64,000 bases of DNA from Gemmataceae bacterium (GCA_046350165.1 JAXMAY010000013.1:69190-133189); one strand, 5' to 3'; positions 51,047-61,977 are shown, counted from the first letter of the stretch. Numbers and translations: made by a program. The notes: generated by a model from the letters alone, not told the origin.

Positions 51047-52033
51047 TTACGCTTCATAGCCCTTGGGATGTTTCCGCCGCCAGTTCCAGGCCGTCTCGAT
51101 GATCCGCTTGAGGTCGACGTATTGCGGTGCCCAGCCAAGTTCCTTGCGGGCCTTGTCTCCCGAGGCGACGAGGGCGGGAGGATCGCCGGCTCGACGGGCC
51201 GATTCCACGGTCTTGATCGACGAACCGGTGACGAGTTCGGCGGTTGTGATGACATCGCGAACGCTGTAACCCTTGCCCGTGCCGATGTTGAGAGCCCGGT
51301 ATTCGCCGGGTGTCATTTTCTCGAGGGCCAGCAAGTGAGCACTGGCGAGGTCTTCCACGTGAATGTAATCGCGGATGCAGGTGCCGTCCGGCGTGGGGTA
51401 ATCGGTGCCGAAGATTTCAACGTGCGGCCGAAGCCCCAACGCCACATCGAGGACGAGCGGAATCAGGTGCGTTTCGGGCGTGTGGTCTTCGCCGAGCGAT
51501 CCGTCCGCCGCGGCTCCCGAGGCGTTGAAGTATCGCAGGGCCGTGGCCGAAATGCCGTACGGACGGCAGTAGTCCGAGAGCATTCGCTCGATGGCCAGTT
51601 TCGTATTGCCGTACGGATTCACCGGGTTTTGCGGGAACGACTCATCGATGGGAACCGAGGCCGGGATTCCGTAGGTCGCACAGGTGCTCGAGAAGACGAA
51701 CTTCTTGATGTCGAGCTTGCGGATACGGTCGATCAGGTTCGCCGTGTAGACGAGGTTGTTGACGTAATACTTGCTGGGGTTCGTGACCGACTCGCCCACA
51801 TAGGCGAGGGCCGCGAAATGGATGACCGCCTCGATGCGATTGACGACCATGGCATGGTCGAGCATGTCGATATCGCGGAGGTCGCCCTGGATGAAATTCA
51901 CACCCTCGGGCACGGCCTGACGATGCCCGTAAATCAGGCTGTCAAAAACCGTGACGGTGTGGCCCTTGGCGAGCAGAAGCTTGACGGTGTGGCTGCCGAT
52001 GTACCCGGCGCCGCCGGTGACGAGGATTCTCAT
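51047..52033 (-). CDS. galE: UDP-glucose 4-epimerase
   Basis: MRILVTGGAGYIGSHTVKLLL...YGHRQAV...SSTCATYG...YGNTKL... are the SDR Rossmann and YxxxK motifs of GalE. Confidence 0.85.
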   Translation of the reverse strand: MRILVTGGAGYIGSHTVKLLLAKGHTVTVFDSLIYGHRQAVPEGVNFIQGDLRDIDMLDHAMVVNRIEAVIHFAALAYVGESVTNPSKYYVNNLVYTANLIDRIRKLDIKKFVFSSTCATYGIPASVPIDESFPQNPVNPYGNTKLAIERMLSDYCRPYGISATALRYFNASGAAADGSLGEDHTPETHLIPLVLDVALGLRPHVEIFGTDYPTPDGTCIRDYIHVEDLASAHLLALEKMTPGEYRALNIGTGKGYSVRDVITTAELVTGSSIKTVESARRAGDPPALVASGDKARKELGWAPQYVDLKRIIETAWNWRRKHPKGYEA

Positions 52034-52116
52034 CCCTTTGGTTTAGTGCAACCCATGCCGGGTGTCACGTTTTCGAAGGGAAAGAATCGCCAACCGATTC
52101 CCTCGGAACCGGATTT

Positions 52117-53814
52117 TTACCTTGTTGTCTTATAAACGATGACTTTTGCGTTTTCGATCGGCTGGTCTTCCGGCCAATGGTAAACCGGAGCCCCGGACTT
52201 GGCGATATTGCGGGCCAGGTCCATTTTCGGCAGCCGAACGTGCTGGCTTTTATCCATCGGGCCATCGAGCACGGTATACAGCACTTTGGCGGTATCCGTT
52301 TCGGGGATCAGCCGGGTCACGGCCGGGCCCGCATAAAATTCGGCCCAGGAGAACGGATCCACGATCACGTCGCCGTCCTGGAACACACCGGCAAGGTACT
52401 TCCCGGCATAGCGGAAGCCCGTCCGCGTTTCGTGAAGCGGACGCACAGCGAGGACGGTCGCGGCGGCACAGAGGGCGAGCGCCACGATCCAGCGATCCCG
52501 ACGGGCATTCAGGAACGAGAAGGTGTATCGGGCCAGAATGTGAATCAGCGGCACGATCCCCGCCGCGGCCAGCGGGCAGATGACCAGGGCAAGCGGCACG
52601 GTATGTCGTTCCGAGACGTAGCCGATTTTGGCGGCGAAGACGAGCAAAAGGCCAATATTGAAGGTCAGGAACGTACCGACGAAGGTAATGGCGGGATCGC
52701 AGCGGAACCGCTTCCGGAGAGCGAACGCCCCGAACGCCGCGAGGACCAACGGAGCGTAAAACGTCGTCTTCATCGTTTCCTGCGTCACCGCGCTGACGGA
52801 AAACAGGATGCGACCCATCGTCGAGGTCGTGCTCATGTCGATCCAGCGGGCAAACAGTGCCGGGCTTTGAACGACGCCGTCGTTGACGGGATTCGCCTTC
52901 ATGTTGCTGTTGTCAAATTTGCCCAGCGGTCCGCCACGGGGTAAACCTACCGATGAATTGATGGCGGCTTTGCCGCTCGGCTTATTTGTAAATCCGCCAA
53001 TGATGGCCATGTACGGGGCGGCAGTCAGGGCGAAGCCCACGAACAGGGCCGCGAGGCAGCCGAGAGCCTGATTCATCGTCCACTTGCGGCTGATCCCCTG
53101 CCAGGCGGCCACGGCGGACAACGACAGGATGACCAGCACCCCTTCGGGGCGAACGAGATAGGTCACGCCGGCGACGCCCCCGGCAGCGAGGAAATTGCCG
53201 ATTCCCTGACGCCGCAAGCCCCGGCAGCCCAGCCAGATCGCGGTGCAAAGACCCAGCATGTAGCAACCTTCCGAGAGCGTATCGGACGTGACATGGGCAA
53301 CAACGGGAAGCACTTGGAAGAGTGCTGCGCCGACAAAGCCCACGAAGCGACCGCCCAGCAACCGGCCCAGCAAGAACAGCGGTACCACGAGCAGCACGCT
53401 GGCAATACAGTTGGCCAGTTGGCCGCTGAAGAGCATCCGTTCGCCCAGTTGGGCGTCGTAAAAGTTGCCGGGCTCGGCCGTGATCGGATTTGCCACCCGG
53501 ACGATTTTCGAAACGATCAGCGTGGCCAGGGGATAGCCCGGCGGCTGTTCGGCGAATTTGAGCACATCGACAATTGTGGGCTGCGGCAGCGAATCGGATT
53601 TGATCCGGCTTGGTTTTTCCAATTGCAAAGCCAGGCGGGTAAACGACAGTCCGTCGCGTGCGTTGACGGTGGTACGGGCGAAGAGCAGGCCATGAATCGC
53701 GATGGCGAGAACCAGCAACACGACGAGAGCCAGGCGATCCTGCGTCGGCACGGCATGAATCGGCGCCGCGGCTTCGAGACGACCGCCGACGTGAATATCG
53801 AGCTTTGCTTGCAT
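52117..53814 (-). CDS. polytopic membrane glycosyltransferase, ArnT/PMT-like (GT39/GT83 family)
   Basis: The protein is about 565 aa from Met 53814, with more than 10 TM helices, an N-terminal loop with DG/acidic motif (...FARTTVNARDGLSFTRLA...) and a C-terminal soluble domain, which is the typical topology. The ORF-track start at 54012 is probably too long. Confidence 0.55.
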   Translation of the reverse strand: MQAKLDIHVGGRLEAAAPIHAVPTQDRLALVVLLVLAIAIHGLLFARTTVNARDGLSFTRLALQLEKPSRIKSDSLPQPTIVDVLKFAEQPPGYPLATLIVSKIVRVANPITAEPGNFYDAQLGERMLFSGQLANCIASVLLVVPLFLLGRLLGGRFVGFVGAALFQVLPVVAHVTSDTLSEGCYMLGLCTAIWLGCRGLRRQGIGNFLAAGGVAGVTYLVRPEGVLVILSLSAVAAWQGISRKWTMNQALGCLAALFVGFALTAAPYMAIIGGFTNKPSGKAAINSSVGLPRGGPLGKFDNSNMKANPVNDGVVQSPALFARWIDMSTTSTMGRILFSVSAVTQETMKTTFYAPLVLAAFGAFALRKRFRCDPAITFVGTFLTFNIGLLLVFAAKIGYVSERHTVPLALVICPLAAAGIVPLIHILARYTFSFLNARRDRWIVALALCAAATVLAVRPLHETRTGFRYAGKYLAGVFQDGDVIVDPFSWAEFYAGPAVTRLIPETDTAKVLYTVLDGPMDKSQHVRLPKMDLARNIAKSGAPVYHWPEDQPIENAKVIVYKTTR

Positions 53815-54127
53815 GTCACCGCCCCAACAGAAACAGATGGCGGACTTTAGGCGGAATCGACGGTCAGCGTCAAGGTGGGGTGGCGGTGTAGGTGGATGAG
53901 CTGTGGATGCCTCAACGTTCAAGTCAGGCAAGTTGAAAGTCAGAATTGAACAACACGTCACTTCGTTTCGTTGATTCCATTCCGTTTCGTGTATGAAAAT
54001 CATTTTCCGCATCTGTCCAAGCCGTGCGGGCTGCGGCTAGGATTACTAACGATTCAGCCACGAAATCGTTTTTTTCAAAACGACTGCCCGCCTGATCCAC
54101 ATTCCCTTTCCACGAGGAATCCTCGCC

Positions 54128-55425
54128 ATGAAACTGCGTTATGCCTTGCTCTCCGCTGCCTTTATTTCGGGAGCGTTCGCGAACGCGGCCGACTGGCCCG
54201 GATTTCGCGGCGCCAATCATGACGGGCTCTGCACGGAAACCGGCCTGCTCAAGGAATGGCCCAAAAGCGGACCCAAACAGGTCTGGTCCACCAGTGGACT
54301 GGGGCTCGGGTTCGGGACGCCTTCGGTTGTCAACGGGATGATTTACGGCATCGGCAATCGGAATGGGAAAGATGGTGTGTGGGCGGTCAAATTCGACGAT
54401 GGCACGGAGCAGTGGTTCACACCCTGCGTCGATACGAAAAAGGTTCTGAATCAGAACAACGGCCCGGCCAGCACGCCAACCTACGCGGATGGAAAACTGT
54501 TTGCCATCACGATTAACGGCACGCTCGTCTGCCTGAATGCCGCGGATGGCAAACTGCTGTGGAAGAAAAGCTTTGTGGACGATTTTGGCGGCGGTGTGCC
54601 GGCCTGGGGTTATTCGGATCGGTCCTGGTGGATAGCGATGTGGTGATCTGTGCGCCCGGCGGGTCGAAGGCGGGAATCGTGGCGTTGAAGGCCAAGGATG
54701 GTGCGGTGGCCTGGAAGTCGGACCTGGGGCCCGTCGGCGGTGGTTCGGGATATTCAACACCCATCAAGGCGACGTTTAACGGCACGCCCATGTACGTCGT
54801 GTTAATGGGGGACAAGACCGGCATTGTGGGCGTCGATACCAAAACCGGCAAACAGCTGTGGCAATACAAGGGAACCGCGGCAACTGGCAGCACGGCTCAG
54901 ATTCCGATCCCCATCGTCAAAGATGATCTGGTCTGGGTTTCGTGCAGCTACAAGGGAGGCTCGGCCCTCATTCAGATTGTGCCTCAGGGGAAGGGTGAAT
55001 TCGAAGTCAAGGAAATCAAGGCTTACAAAAAGCCGGAACTGAATAACCACCACGGCGGCATGGTCCTGGTCGGCGATTACATTTACTTCGGGCACAACCA
55101 GAACGATGGCAACCCGGTGTGCGTGGATGCGAAGACTGGGGAAATCAAATGGGGCCCGGAAAAGAACCCGGCGGGCGGGGCGAGGTCGGCGGCTGTCCTC
55201 TACGCTGATGGCCGGCTCTATTTCCGCTATGAAAACGGCATGATGGTTTTGATTGAGCCCAGCCCTGAAAAACTGAAAGTGGTCTCGTCGTTCAAGTTGC
55301 CGGCCGCGGACCAACGGTCGCATTCTCAAAGCTGGCCGCACCCGGTCATTGCGAATGGCAAAATGCTCATTCGCGATCAAAACATGCTGTACTGTTATGA
55401 TGTTAAGCAAAACGGTAAAAATTAA
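54128..55425 (+). CDS. PQQ-like beta-propeller repeat protein (secreted); one frame break near 54600-54660
   Basis: Signal peptide MKLRYALLSAAFISGAFANA. Repeats carry ...DGKLLWK... / ...TGKQLWQYKG... / ...GEIKWG... tryptophan-docking motifs. ORFs 54128-54646 and 54559-55425 overlap in different frames. Confidence 0.7.
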
Positions 55426-55438
55426 ACATGAAAAATAC

Positions 55439-55480
55439 GCCCATGCGATGACAACTAATCAATCGCATGGGCATTATTGA
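55439..55480. terminator. hairpin gcccatgcgat-N12-atcgcatgggc followed by attattg, directly 3' of the PQQ-repeat gene
   Basis: A perfect 11-bp stem is read from the sequence at 55439-55449 and 55462-55472, 14 nt after the stop codon, and the trailing sequence is A/T rich. Confidence 0.55.
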
Positions 55481-56319
55481 ATCAATTCTTTGAAACACCA
55501 AAATTCGCTCAAACCGGACTTGATATCGTCCTCTCTTGCGTTTGAGACCGCCCTAATAATCATTTCCGCAAACAGTTACAATTCAACATTTTACGTAAAC
55601 ATAGCCACGCGATTTCGCGTCATCAATCAAAGACGAACGATTATTTTTGCACATTGTATCTCACACTATAAAGAATATTAAACTGTATCGGTGGTCGCTT
55701 TTTTTTCATCGCCATTGCAAAAACTTAAAAAATGATTAAATTTCAACCACAGTTTATCGTGTCGTGAAGCGATAAATCACGTGGATTGTTGAAAAATTGC
55801 TTGAAACGGCTGTAACCATTTTGATTGGGCACGATTCATGCAGCTGCTTCAGAAGGTTGAACTGTGTCATTTTTTGAGCATGACGTTTTGATGCCAGGCG
55901 ATCGCCCAATCGGTCACCGCATTCAAACGATTGATATCGGATGACCTCCATGCGAAAGCTGGCTATGGCTCTGCGCCATCCCATACTGTGGTTTCGTGCC
56001 GTGATCCTAAACCACGACAGTGCGATTTGCCGTTTATCCGTGGGGATGGGGCCGGATGATTTTCATACGCCGGACGATGAAGACTATGACTCGCAATGGG
56101 ATCTGAACAAGGTCTATTGCAAGCGCTGCGGGAAGTGCTTTAGTCGGCATCGAGGCCGGGCCGACCTCAACCCCCAAAAGTGATTCAGGTCCCCCTGACA
56201 TTTCACGTCGTCAGCATCTTCGTTTACAAATCGTGTAGACCCGCCGTTTCATTTCATGGTATGGCTCGTCTGCGTACGAGAAAGCATCCGTCTGATTCGA
56301 TGTGAATTCAGGATTCATA

Positions 56320-57192
56320 ATGGCATTGTCTCACGATCGCATTCGGAATTCGAAAGGCCAGATCGTCGTCTGGCTGAGCCTGCTAATGGGCAGCGCCCTT
56401 TCTTCGGGATGTGGTGGAACTCACGATGATTTCCCCGAACGATCCGGGTCGACGCCCGTCGTGGAAATCGGCACCCAATTCAAGCCGGCTGATTGCGGAA
56501 CGGTTTCCGGTGTCGTGACGTGGAAGGGAACTCCACCGGTTTTCCCTGTGATGGTCGTGGATTCGGCTGAAGGGCCCCAACGCGTACCCAATCCTCACGC
56601 ACTCGTCGTTCAACCGAATTCCGACCGCGTCTCTGGTGCGGTCGTCTATCTGCGCGGCATCGATCTCGCTCGTTCGAAACCGTGGACGCTTGCACCGGGT
56701 GCCACCGTCGAGGTGGATGATCTCGGCATCACGGTTCGGGATTTTGGTCGTGCGGGTTTCATTCGCCACGGCGATTCGATCTCATTTGTTTCGCAATCCA
56801 AAACGGCTCAACTGGTTCGCACGCGGGGAGCTTTGAATGCCGCGGTTCCGATTCCCAGCACGACGAAACCATCGAAGCGGATCGCGGTAAAGCCCGGCCG
56901 GATTGAAATGACGAGCGGAGCCAACGTCGCCTGTGCCATCGCTCATCTTTTTGTTTGCGAGCATCCCTATTACACGACGACCAATTCAGCGGGCGAGTTT
57001 CAATTCAAGGATGTTCCCGCGGGACAGTACGAACTGGTCGCCTGGCAGCCGAATGGCCAGGTTGTCGGGCATGAACGGAATCCCGAAACCGGGTTGATTT
57101 GCCGTTATCAATATGGCCCCTCCTTTGAGCGGATTGCCGCCGTTACGGTGACCGCCGGCGCGACAACGCAAATCAATGTGGCATTTCCGTAA
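56320..57192 (+). CDS. lipoprotein with carboxypeptidase-regulatory-like beta-sandwich segment
   Basis: The product begins MALSHDRIRNSKGQIVVWLSLLMGSALSSGC (lipobox LSSGC). The C-terminus has ...TTNSAGEFQFKDVPAGQYELVAW.... Confidence 0.5.
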   Translation: MALSHDRIRNSKGQIVVWLSLLMGSALSSGCGGTHDDFPERSGSTPVVEIGTQFKPADCGTVSGVVTWKGTPPVFPVMVVDSAEGPQRVPNPHALVVQPNSDRVSGAVVYLRGIDLARSKPWTLAPGATVEVDDLGITVRDFGRAGFIRHGDSISFVSQSKTAQLVRTRGALNAAVPIPSTTKPSKRIAVKPGRIEMTSGANVACAIAHLFVCEHPYYTTTNSAGEFQFKDVPAGQYELVAWQPNGQVVGHERNPETGLICRYQYGPSFERIAAVTVTAGATTQINVAFP

Positions 57193-57297
57193 ATCTCCCC
57201 CGGATAATCTTTGTTTTTCCATCGAAGTTCCCGATTGCCCCTCGCGAGGGGTTCGCCGTTCATAAAATGACGGCATTCGAGGTATTCGGATTGCGAC

Positions 57298-58011
57298 ATG
57301 TTTGTTTATCCGGCCATTGATCTTCGCGGCGGACGAGCCGTTCGGCTCCGCCAGGGCGACTATTCCCAGGAAACCATCTTTCACGACGACCCCACGCAGG
57401 CCGCGAAAGCGTTCGTCAGTCAGGGTGCGGATCGACTGCACCTCGTTGACCTCGATGGAGCCAAGGCGGGAAAACCCGTCAATGGCGACGTCATTCGCCG
57501 GATTGTCGAATCGGTGCCTGTCCCCTGTCAGTTGGGCGGGGGCATCCGCAACGATGCCGACGTGGAAACGGTGTTTAGCTGGGGCGTGCAATGGGCCGTA
57601 CTCGGCTCGCGGGCCGTGCGTGATCCGCAATGGGCCCGCACCATGGCCCACGCCCATCCTGAGCGAATCGTACTCGGCGTCGATGCCCGGAACGGGCTCG
57701 TGGCCACCGATGGTTGGCTGGAAACGTCGACGATTTCAGCCGTTTCGCTGGTCGTCGATCTCGAATCGGCCCCGTTCTTTGCCGTCGTGTATACCGATAT
57801 CGCCAAAGACGGCATGATGGCCGGGCCGAACTTCGACGCACTCGCGGAATTACAGAATGCGACCCGATTGCCCGTGATCGCATCGGGCGGCGTGTCGAGC
57901 TATGACGATGTGCGGAAATTAGCCGCGGCGAAATCGTTCGGGTGCATCGTCGGCCGGGCCCTTTACGAAGGGGCCGTGGAACTGAAAACCGTTTTGGAAT
58001 TATCCCGATAG
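57298..58011 (+). CDS. hisA: 1-(5-phosphoribosyl)-5-[(5-phosphoribosylamino)methylideneamino]imidazole-4-carboxamide isomerase
   Basis: MFVYPAIDLRGGRAVRLRQGDY....HLVDLDGAKAG...GGGIR...ASGGVSS... are the HisA (beta/alpha)8 motifs. Confidence 0.85.
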   Translation: MFVYPAIDLRGGRAVRLRQGDYSQETIFHDDPTQAAKAFVSQGADRLHLVDLDGAKAGKPVNGDVIRRIVESVPVPCQLGGGIRNDADVETVFSWGVQWAVLGSRAVRDPQWARTMAHAHPERIVLGVDARNGLVATDGWLETSTISAVSLVVDLESAPFFAVVYTDIAKDGMMAGPNFDALAELQNATRLPVIASGGVSSYDDVRKLAAAKSFGCIVGRALYEGAVELKTVLELSR

Positions 58012-58196
58012 TTGGTTGTTGAAATCGGGCATGCGGCCAACCAACCTTTGAGTCGCATGCGGACATAAAACACTCGGCCTCCCAGGAGACCCACTCGTTC
58101 CCTTACCCGCTCGCCTGAGCATCCCAGCCGCGACAAGAGGATGGAACGAACCACCCGCGAATCACACTCCAATCCTTCACTCCCAAGGATGACGTC

Positions 58197-60328
58197 ATGT
58201 CTGCTCACCATGTCGAAGACGTTCGCGATATTGCCCTTGTCGGGCATCGCGCTTCGGGCAAGACCACGCTCGCCGATGCCCTGCTTTTCGAGGCCCACGC
58301 GGTCGACCGCCTGGGGAATGTGGACGAAGGAACCTCGTTCGGCGATACGGACGACGAAGAAAAGAGCCATCATTTTTCCATCGATACGCACGTCCTGCAT
58401 GCGGAACACGAAGGCAAATTCCTGCACATTCTCGACGCTCCCGGCTCACCCGACTTCATCGGAGCCGCCCTGGAGGCGTTGGTCGCTGCGGAGACGGCCC
58501 TGGTCGTCGTCTCGGGGACCGCGGGCATCGAAGTAACGACCCGGCGGATGTTCGCCGAGGCGGGGAACCGCGGTCTGGCCCGCGTGTTCGTCATCAACAA
58601 ACTCGACGATGACAAGGCGAAGTATGCCGAGATCGTCTCGGCCTTGCGGGATTCCTTCGGCAAGATCTGCGTGCCCTTCAACGCTCCGGACGAACTGGGG
58701 GCCAACTTCAAATCGGTCGTCGATGTGCTCAAGCCGGCAGGGTCCGTTCCGAAGAGTTGCCCGCTCGATCTGGCCGAGGCCCGGCAGCAACTGATTGAAG
58801 CGGTCGTCGATTCGGACGAATCGCTGATGGAGCAGTATTTGAACGAAGGCTCCGTGCCGATGGAGAAAATCGAAGCCGCCCTGCCCTCCGCGCTGCAACT
58901 GGGCACGGTCATCCCGATTTTCTGCTGCTCGGCCAAGAAGGACATCGGCGTCAAGGAACTGCTGCATGCCCTCGTCGCTTACGGTCTCTCGCCGGCGATG
59001 GCTCGACGCAAAATCGACATGACCAAGTTCGAAAAGCACGGCGCCGTGGAGCCGAGCGAGGCGGGCGAGTTCGTGGGTCAGGTTTTCAAAGTCGTCAACG
59101 ATCGCTATGTCGGGCACTTGAGTTTCATTCGCGTGATTTCGGGTAAACTGACGCCGAACCATCAGGTCGTCAACCTGACGACGCACAACTCCCTGCGGTT
59201 CGGCCAACTCCTGCTCGTGCAGGGAAACAAGCACGTTCCCGTGACGGAAGCGGTGCCGGGCGACATTATCGCGGTGGCCAAAGTCGATGGCATGCACATC
59301 GGCGATACGATTGCGTACAAATCAGACGGGCCGAAACTGCCTTCGATCCATTTCCCCTCGCCGATGTTCGGCCTGGCGGTCGAGCCGAAAGCCCGTGGCG
59401 ACGAGCAGAAGATCGCGGCCGGACTGCACAAGATCGCCGAAGAAGATCCGACGGTCAAAATCGTCCACGATCCGCAGACGCACGAACTTTTGATCTCCGG
59501 CGTCAGTCCGATGCATCTGGAAATCATCAAGGAACGGCTGCGTCATCGTTTCGATGTCGATGTGGTCACGAAAGATCCCAAGGTTCCGTATCGCGAAACG
59601 ATTTCGAACCCGGCTGGTGCGGACCACAAGCACAAAAGCAAACGGGCGGACGCGGCCAGTTCGGCGAAGTTCACCTCCGTGTACATCCGCTGGACCGGGG
59701 CATCAAGTCGAAGGAGCAGTGCGAAGCGGAATTTGCAAACAAGAGCAAATTCGAAAAAATGCGTTCCGTGCATTACGATGCCGAACTCAACTTCGCCTTT
59801 ATCGACCATGTCGTCGGCGGGACGATTCCCAATCAGTTCATGCCGGCCATTGAAAAGGGCGTGCGGGAAATGATGGAACGCGGAGCCCTGGCCGGTTACC
59901 GCATGCAGGATATCGCCGTCGAGGTCTTCTTCGGCAAGGACCACCCGGTCGATTCCTCCGAAGCGGCGTTCAAGACGGCCGGGAAATTTGCCTTCAAGAA
60001 AGCGTTCCTCGCCGCCCGGCCCATGCTGCTCGAGCCGGTGGTGAAAATGGAAATCACCATCCCCACCAAATGCACGGGGGCCGTGCTGGGCGACATTTCC
60101 ACCAAGCGGGGCCATGTCGAAAATCAGGATAGCCTGCCCGGCGATCAGACGGTGATTTACGCCAGTGCTCCGTTATCGGAAGTGACCCGGTATGCCGCCC
60201 AACTCGGCGGCATGACCCAGGGGCAGGGATCGTACACGATGGAACTGAGCCATTACGATCCGGTGCCGGCGAACCTGCAGCAGCAGATCGTCTCGCGGTC
60301 GGTCGTGAAGCACGACGAAGAGGAATAG
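58197..60328 (+). CDS. elongation factor G-family GTPase (EF-G paralog); one frame break near 59690
   Basis: G1 is IALVGHRASGKTTLADALL, G3 is ILDAPGSPDF (DAPG rather than DTPG) and G4 is VFVINKLD. Domains IV-V continue in ORF 59759-60328 (...LEPVVKMEITIPTKCTGAVLGDISTKRGHV...), whose frame runs on from about 59700. Confidence 0.8.
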
Positions 60329-60545
60329 TCAACTCGGGTATGCTGTGAGTAAACGTGCCGCGAGCATGGAGCCCTACTCCGTGCTTGCGGTTTTGTCCGG
60401 GAGTTGAACGATTTTAACGAGAATTCAATCGGTCTGATTCGTTCCCGCCATGCCGGGTCGGGCATCTCGTCAACGTTCCGCTTGCTTGGCCGTTGCCAAT
60501 CCGTAATGCTAGGTCTAACGCTTCCCGAACCTGCCGGGCCCATCC

Positions 60546-61190
60546 ATGAACGCGCTTCTCGAGTTCTATTCCAAAGACTGGTACTTCGCTTACCCGCTGA
60601 CGCTGATGTCTCTGATTGCCTTTGCCCTCGTGGGCTGGCGTTGGCTGCTGAATCAATCCGCGAAAGCCAACCTCGATGAATTCATGCCGATCCTCCAGGA
60701 TGCCATCAAGAAGAAGGGCACCAAGGCGGCGGCGGAAGCCTGCAAGGACGAAAAGGGGTTGATCCCCAGCGTGCTGTTCGTGGCGGGGCTCGAAGCGGCC
60801 GATCAGGGTGTCGCAGCCATGCGACGTAGCATGGCGGGGGCGATCGAACTCGAAATCCTCCCCCGGCTGAACTTCCTGCTTGCCTGGATTCTGGCCATTG
60901 CCAAAATCGCCACGATGGTCGGGCTGCTGGGAACGGTGATTTCGATGATCAACACGTTTGACGCGATTGGCCGGGAAAGCAAGGGGGGCAATGCGGGCGG
61001 CGTGACGGCTCAGGCCGGGGCCATCGGCCTGGCACTCTTCGCCACCGCACTCGGTTTGATGACCGCCATTCCGCTCGTGTTCACGCACGTGCTGTTCAAA
61101 GAGTGGATTCACAACTTCGAAACAAAAATGAAGGCGGCCAGCCAAAAGCTGATTATCCTCGTGCAGAACGCGAAGTCGGGTAACGACTGA
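60546..61190 (+). CDS. exbB: MotA/TolQ/ExbB-family proton channel
   Basis: Three TM helices with the conserved ...LLGTVISMINTFDAIG...AIGLALFATALGLMTAIPLV... region. Confidence 0.75.
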   Translation: MNALLEFYSKDWYFAYPLTLMSLIAFALVGWRWLLNQSAKANLDEFMPILQDAIKKKGTKAAAEACKDEKGLIPSVLFVAGLEAADQGVAAMRRSMAGAIELEILPRLNFLLAWILAIAKIATMVGLLGTVISMINTFDAIGRESKGGNAGGVTAQAGAIGLALFATALGLMTAIPLVFTHVLFKEWIHNFETKMKAASQKLIILVQNAKSGND

Positions 61191-61235
61191 TTGATTCGTA
61201 ATCAGGACTGAAAGGACTTTCCGGCAAGGCATCCC

Positions 61236-61958
61236 ATGGCCCCCAAACATCTCGACGTCTGGCTCGTCGCCTCGAACACCGTTTACAAGGGTGTGCCCTT
61301 CGCCATTGCCGCGGGGTGGGCGGAACAGGGCCGACTGGCCAAGACCGATAAGGTCCGCCCGGCGGGAGGGCCGAACGACTCCTGGAAGCCCGTCTCGCAG
61401 CTCGAGCAGCTTGCCGATTATCTCTTCGGCGGCGGGAAGAAAATCGTCGCCGCGAACGATCTTGCGGAAAGCCTGGAAAAGGTCGAAATCGATCCGGCTT
61501 GGCCTCGCTCCGTCCCGGATGATGACGACGATGTCGACATGATCCCGCTGATCGACATCAGCCTCGTGCTGCTGATTTTCTTCATGATGACCTCGGTGGT
61601 TTCGTCGTTCTCGCCGGTGCAGGTTCCCGGCATGCAGTACGGTGCGGAGATTTCGGAAGCCGAGGGGGGCATCTCGATCCTGATCGATCGGGACAGCGAG
61701 AACAAACCGCTGTACTCACTGCAGGTCGGCAATGGTAAACCGAAGCAGGACGATACGGGCCGGGGCGATCGTGATAAACTGCTGGTACTGCTCGATCTCG
61801 AACTGAACGGTCGCACGAAACGGCCGGAAGTTCGCATTGCCTGTCACGAAAAGCTGCCCCGCTGGGTGGTCGGCGAATTGTGCACGGAATTGCAGAAACG
61901 CGTGGAGCGGGATTTGATCACGCGTTACACGGCGGAAGTGAACGAGAAAAAGAACTAA
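61236..61958 (+). CDS. exbD: ExbD/TolR-family protein with ~100-aa N-terminal W-rich cytoplasmic extension
   Basis: The core MIPLIDISLVLLIFFMMTSV (ExbD TM helix) is followed by a periplasmic domain. An N-terminal segment VWLVASNTVYKGVPFAIAAGWAEQGRLAKTDKVRPAGGPNDSWKPVSQLEQL precedes it. Confidence 0.7.
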   Translation: MAPKHLDVWLVASNTVYKGVPFAIAAGWAEQGRLAKTDKVRPAGGPNDSWKPVSQLEQLADYLFGGGKKIVAANDLAESLEKVEIDPAWPRSVPDDDDDVDMIPLIDISLVLLIFFMMTSVVSSFSPVQVPGMQYGAEISEAEGGISILIDRDSENKPLYSLQVGNGKPKQDDTGRGDRDKLLVLLDLELNGRTKRPEVRIACHEKLPRWVVGELCTELQKRVERDLITRYTAEVNEKKN

Positions 61959-61977
61959 GCGGCCTCGGAATGGAACC

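Noticed and set aside
53815-54012. ORF-track start (54012) of the GT39-like glycosyltransferase with a 66-aa N-terminal extension
   Set aside because: The extension (MRKMIFIHETEWNQ...PPTPPPHLDAD) is not hydrophobic and lies in AT-poor, possibly non-coding sequence. Family members begin close to the first TM helix, so Met 53814 (MQAKLDIHV...) is more plausible. Start and end are given in minus-strand order.
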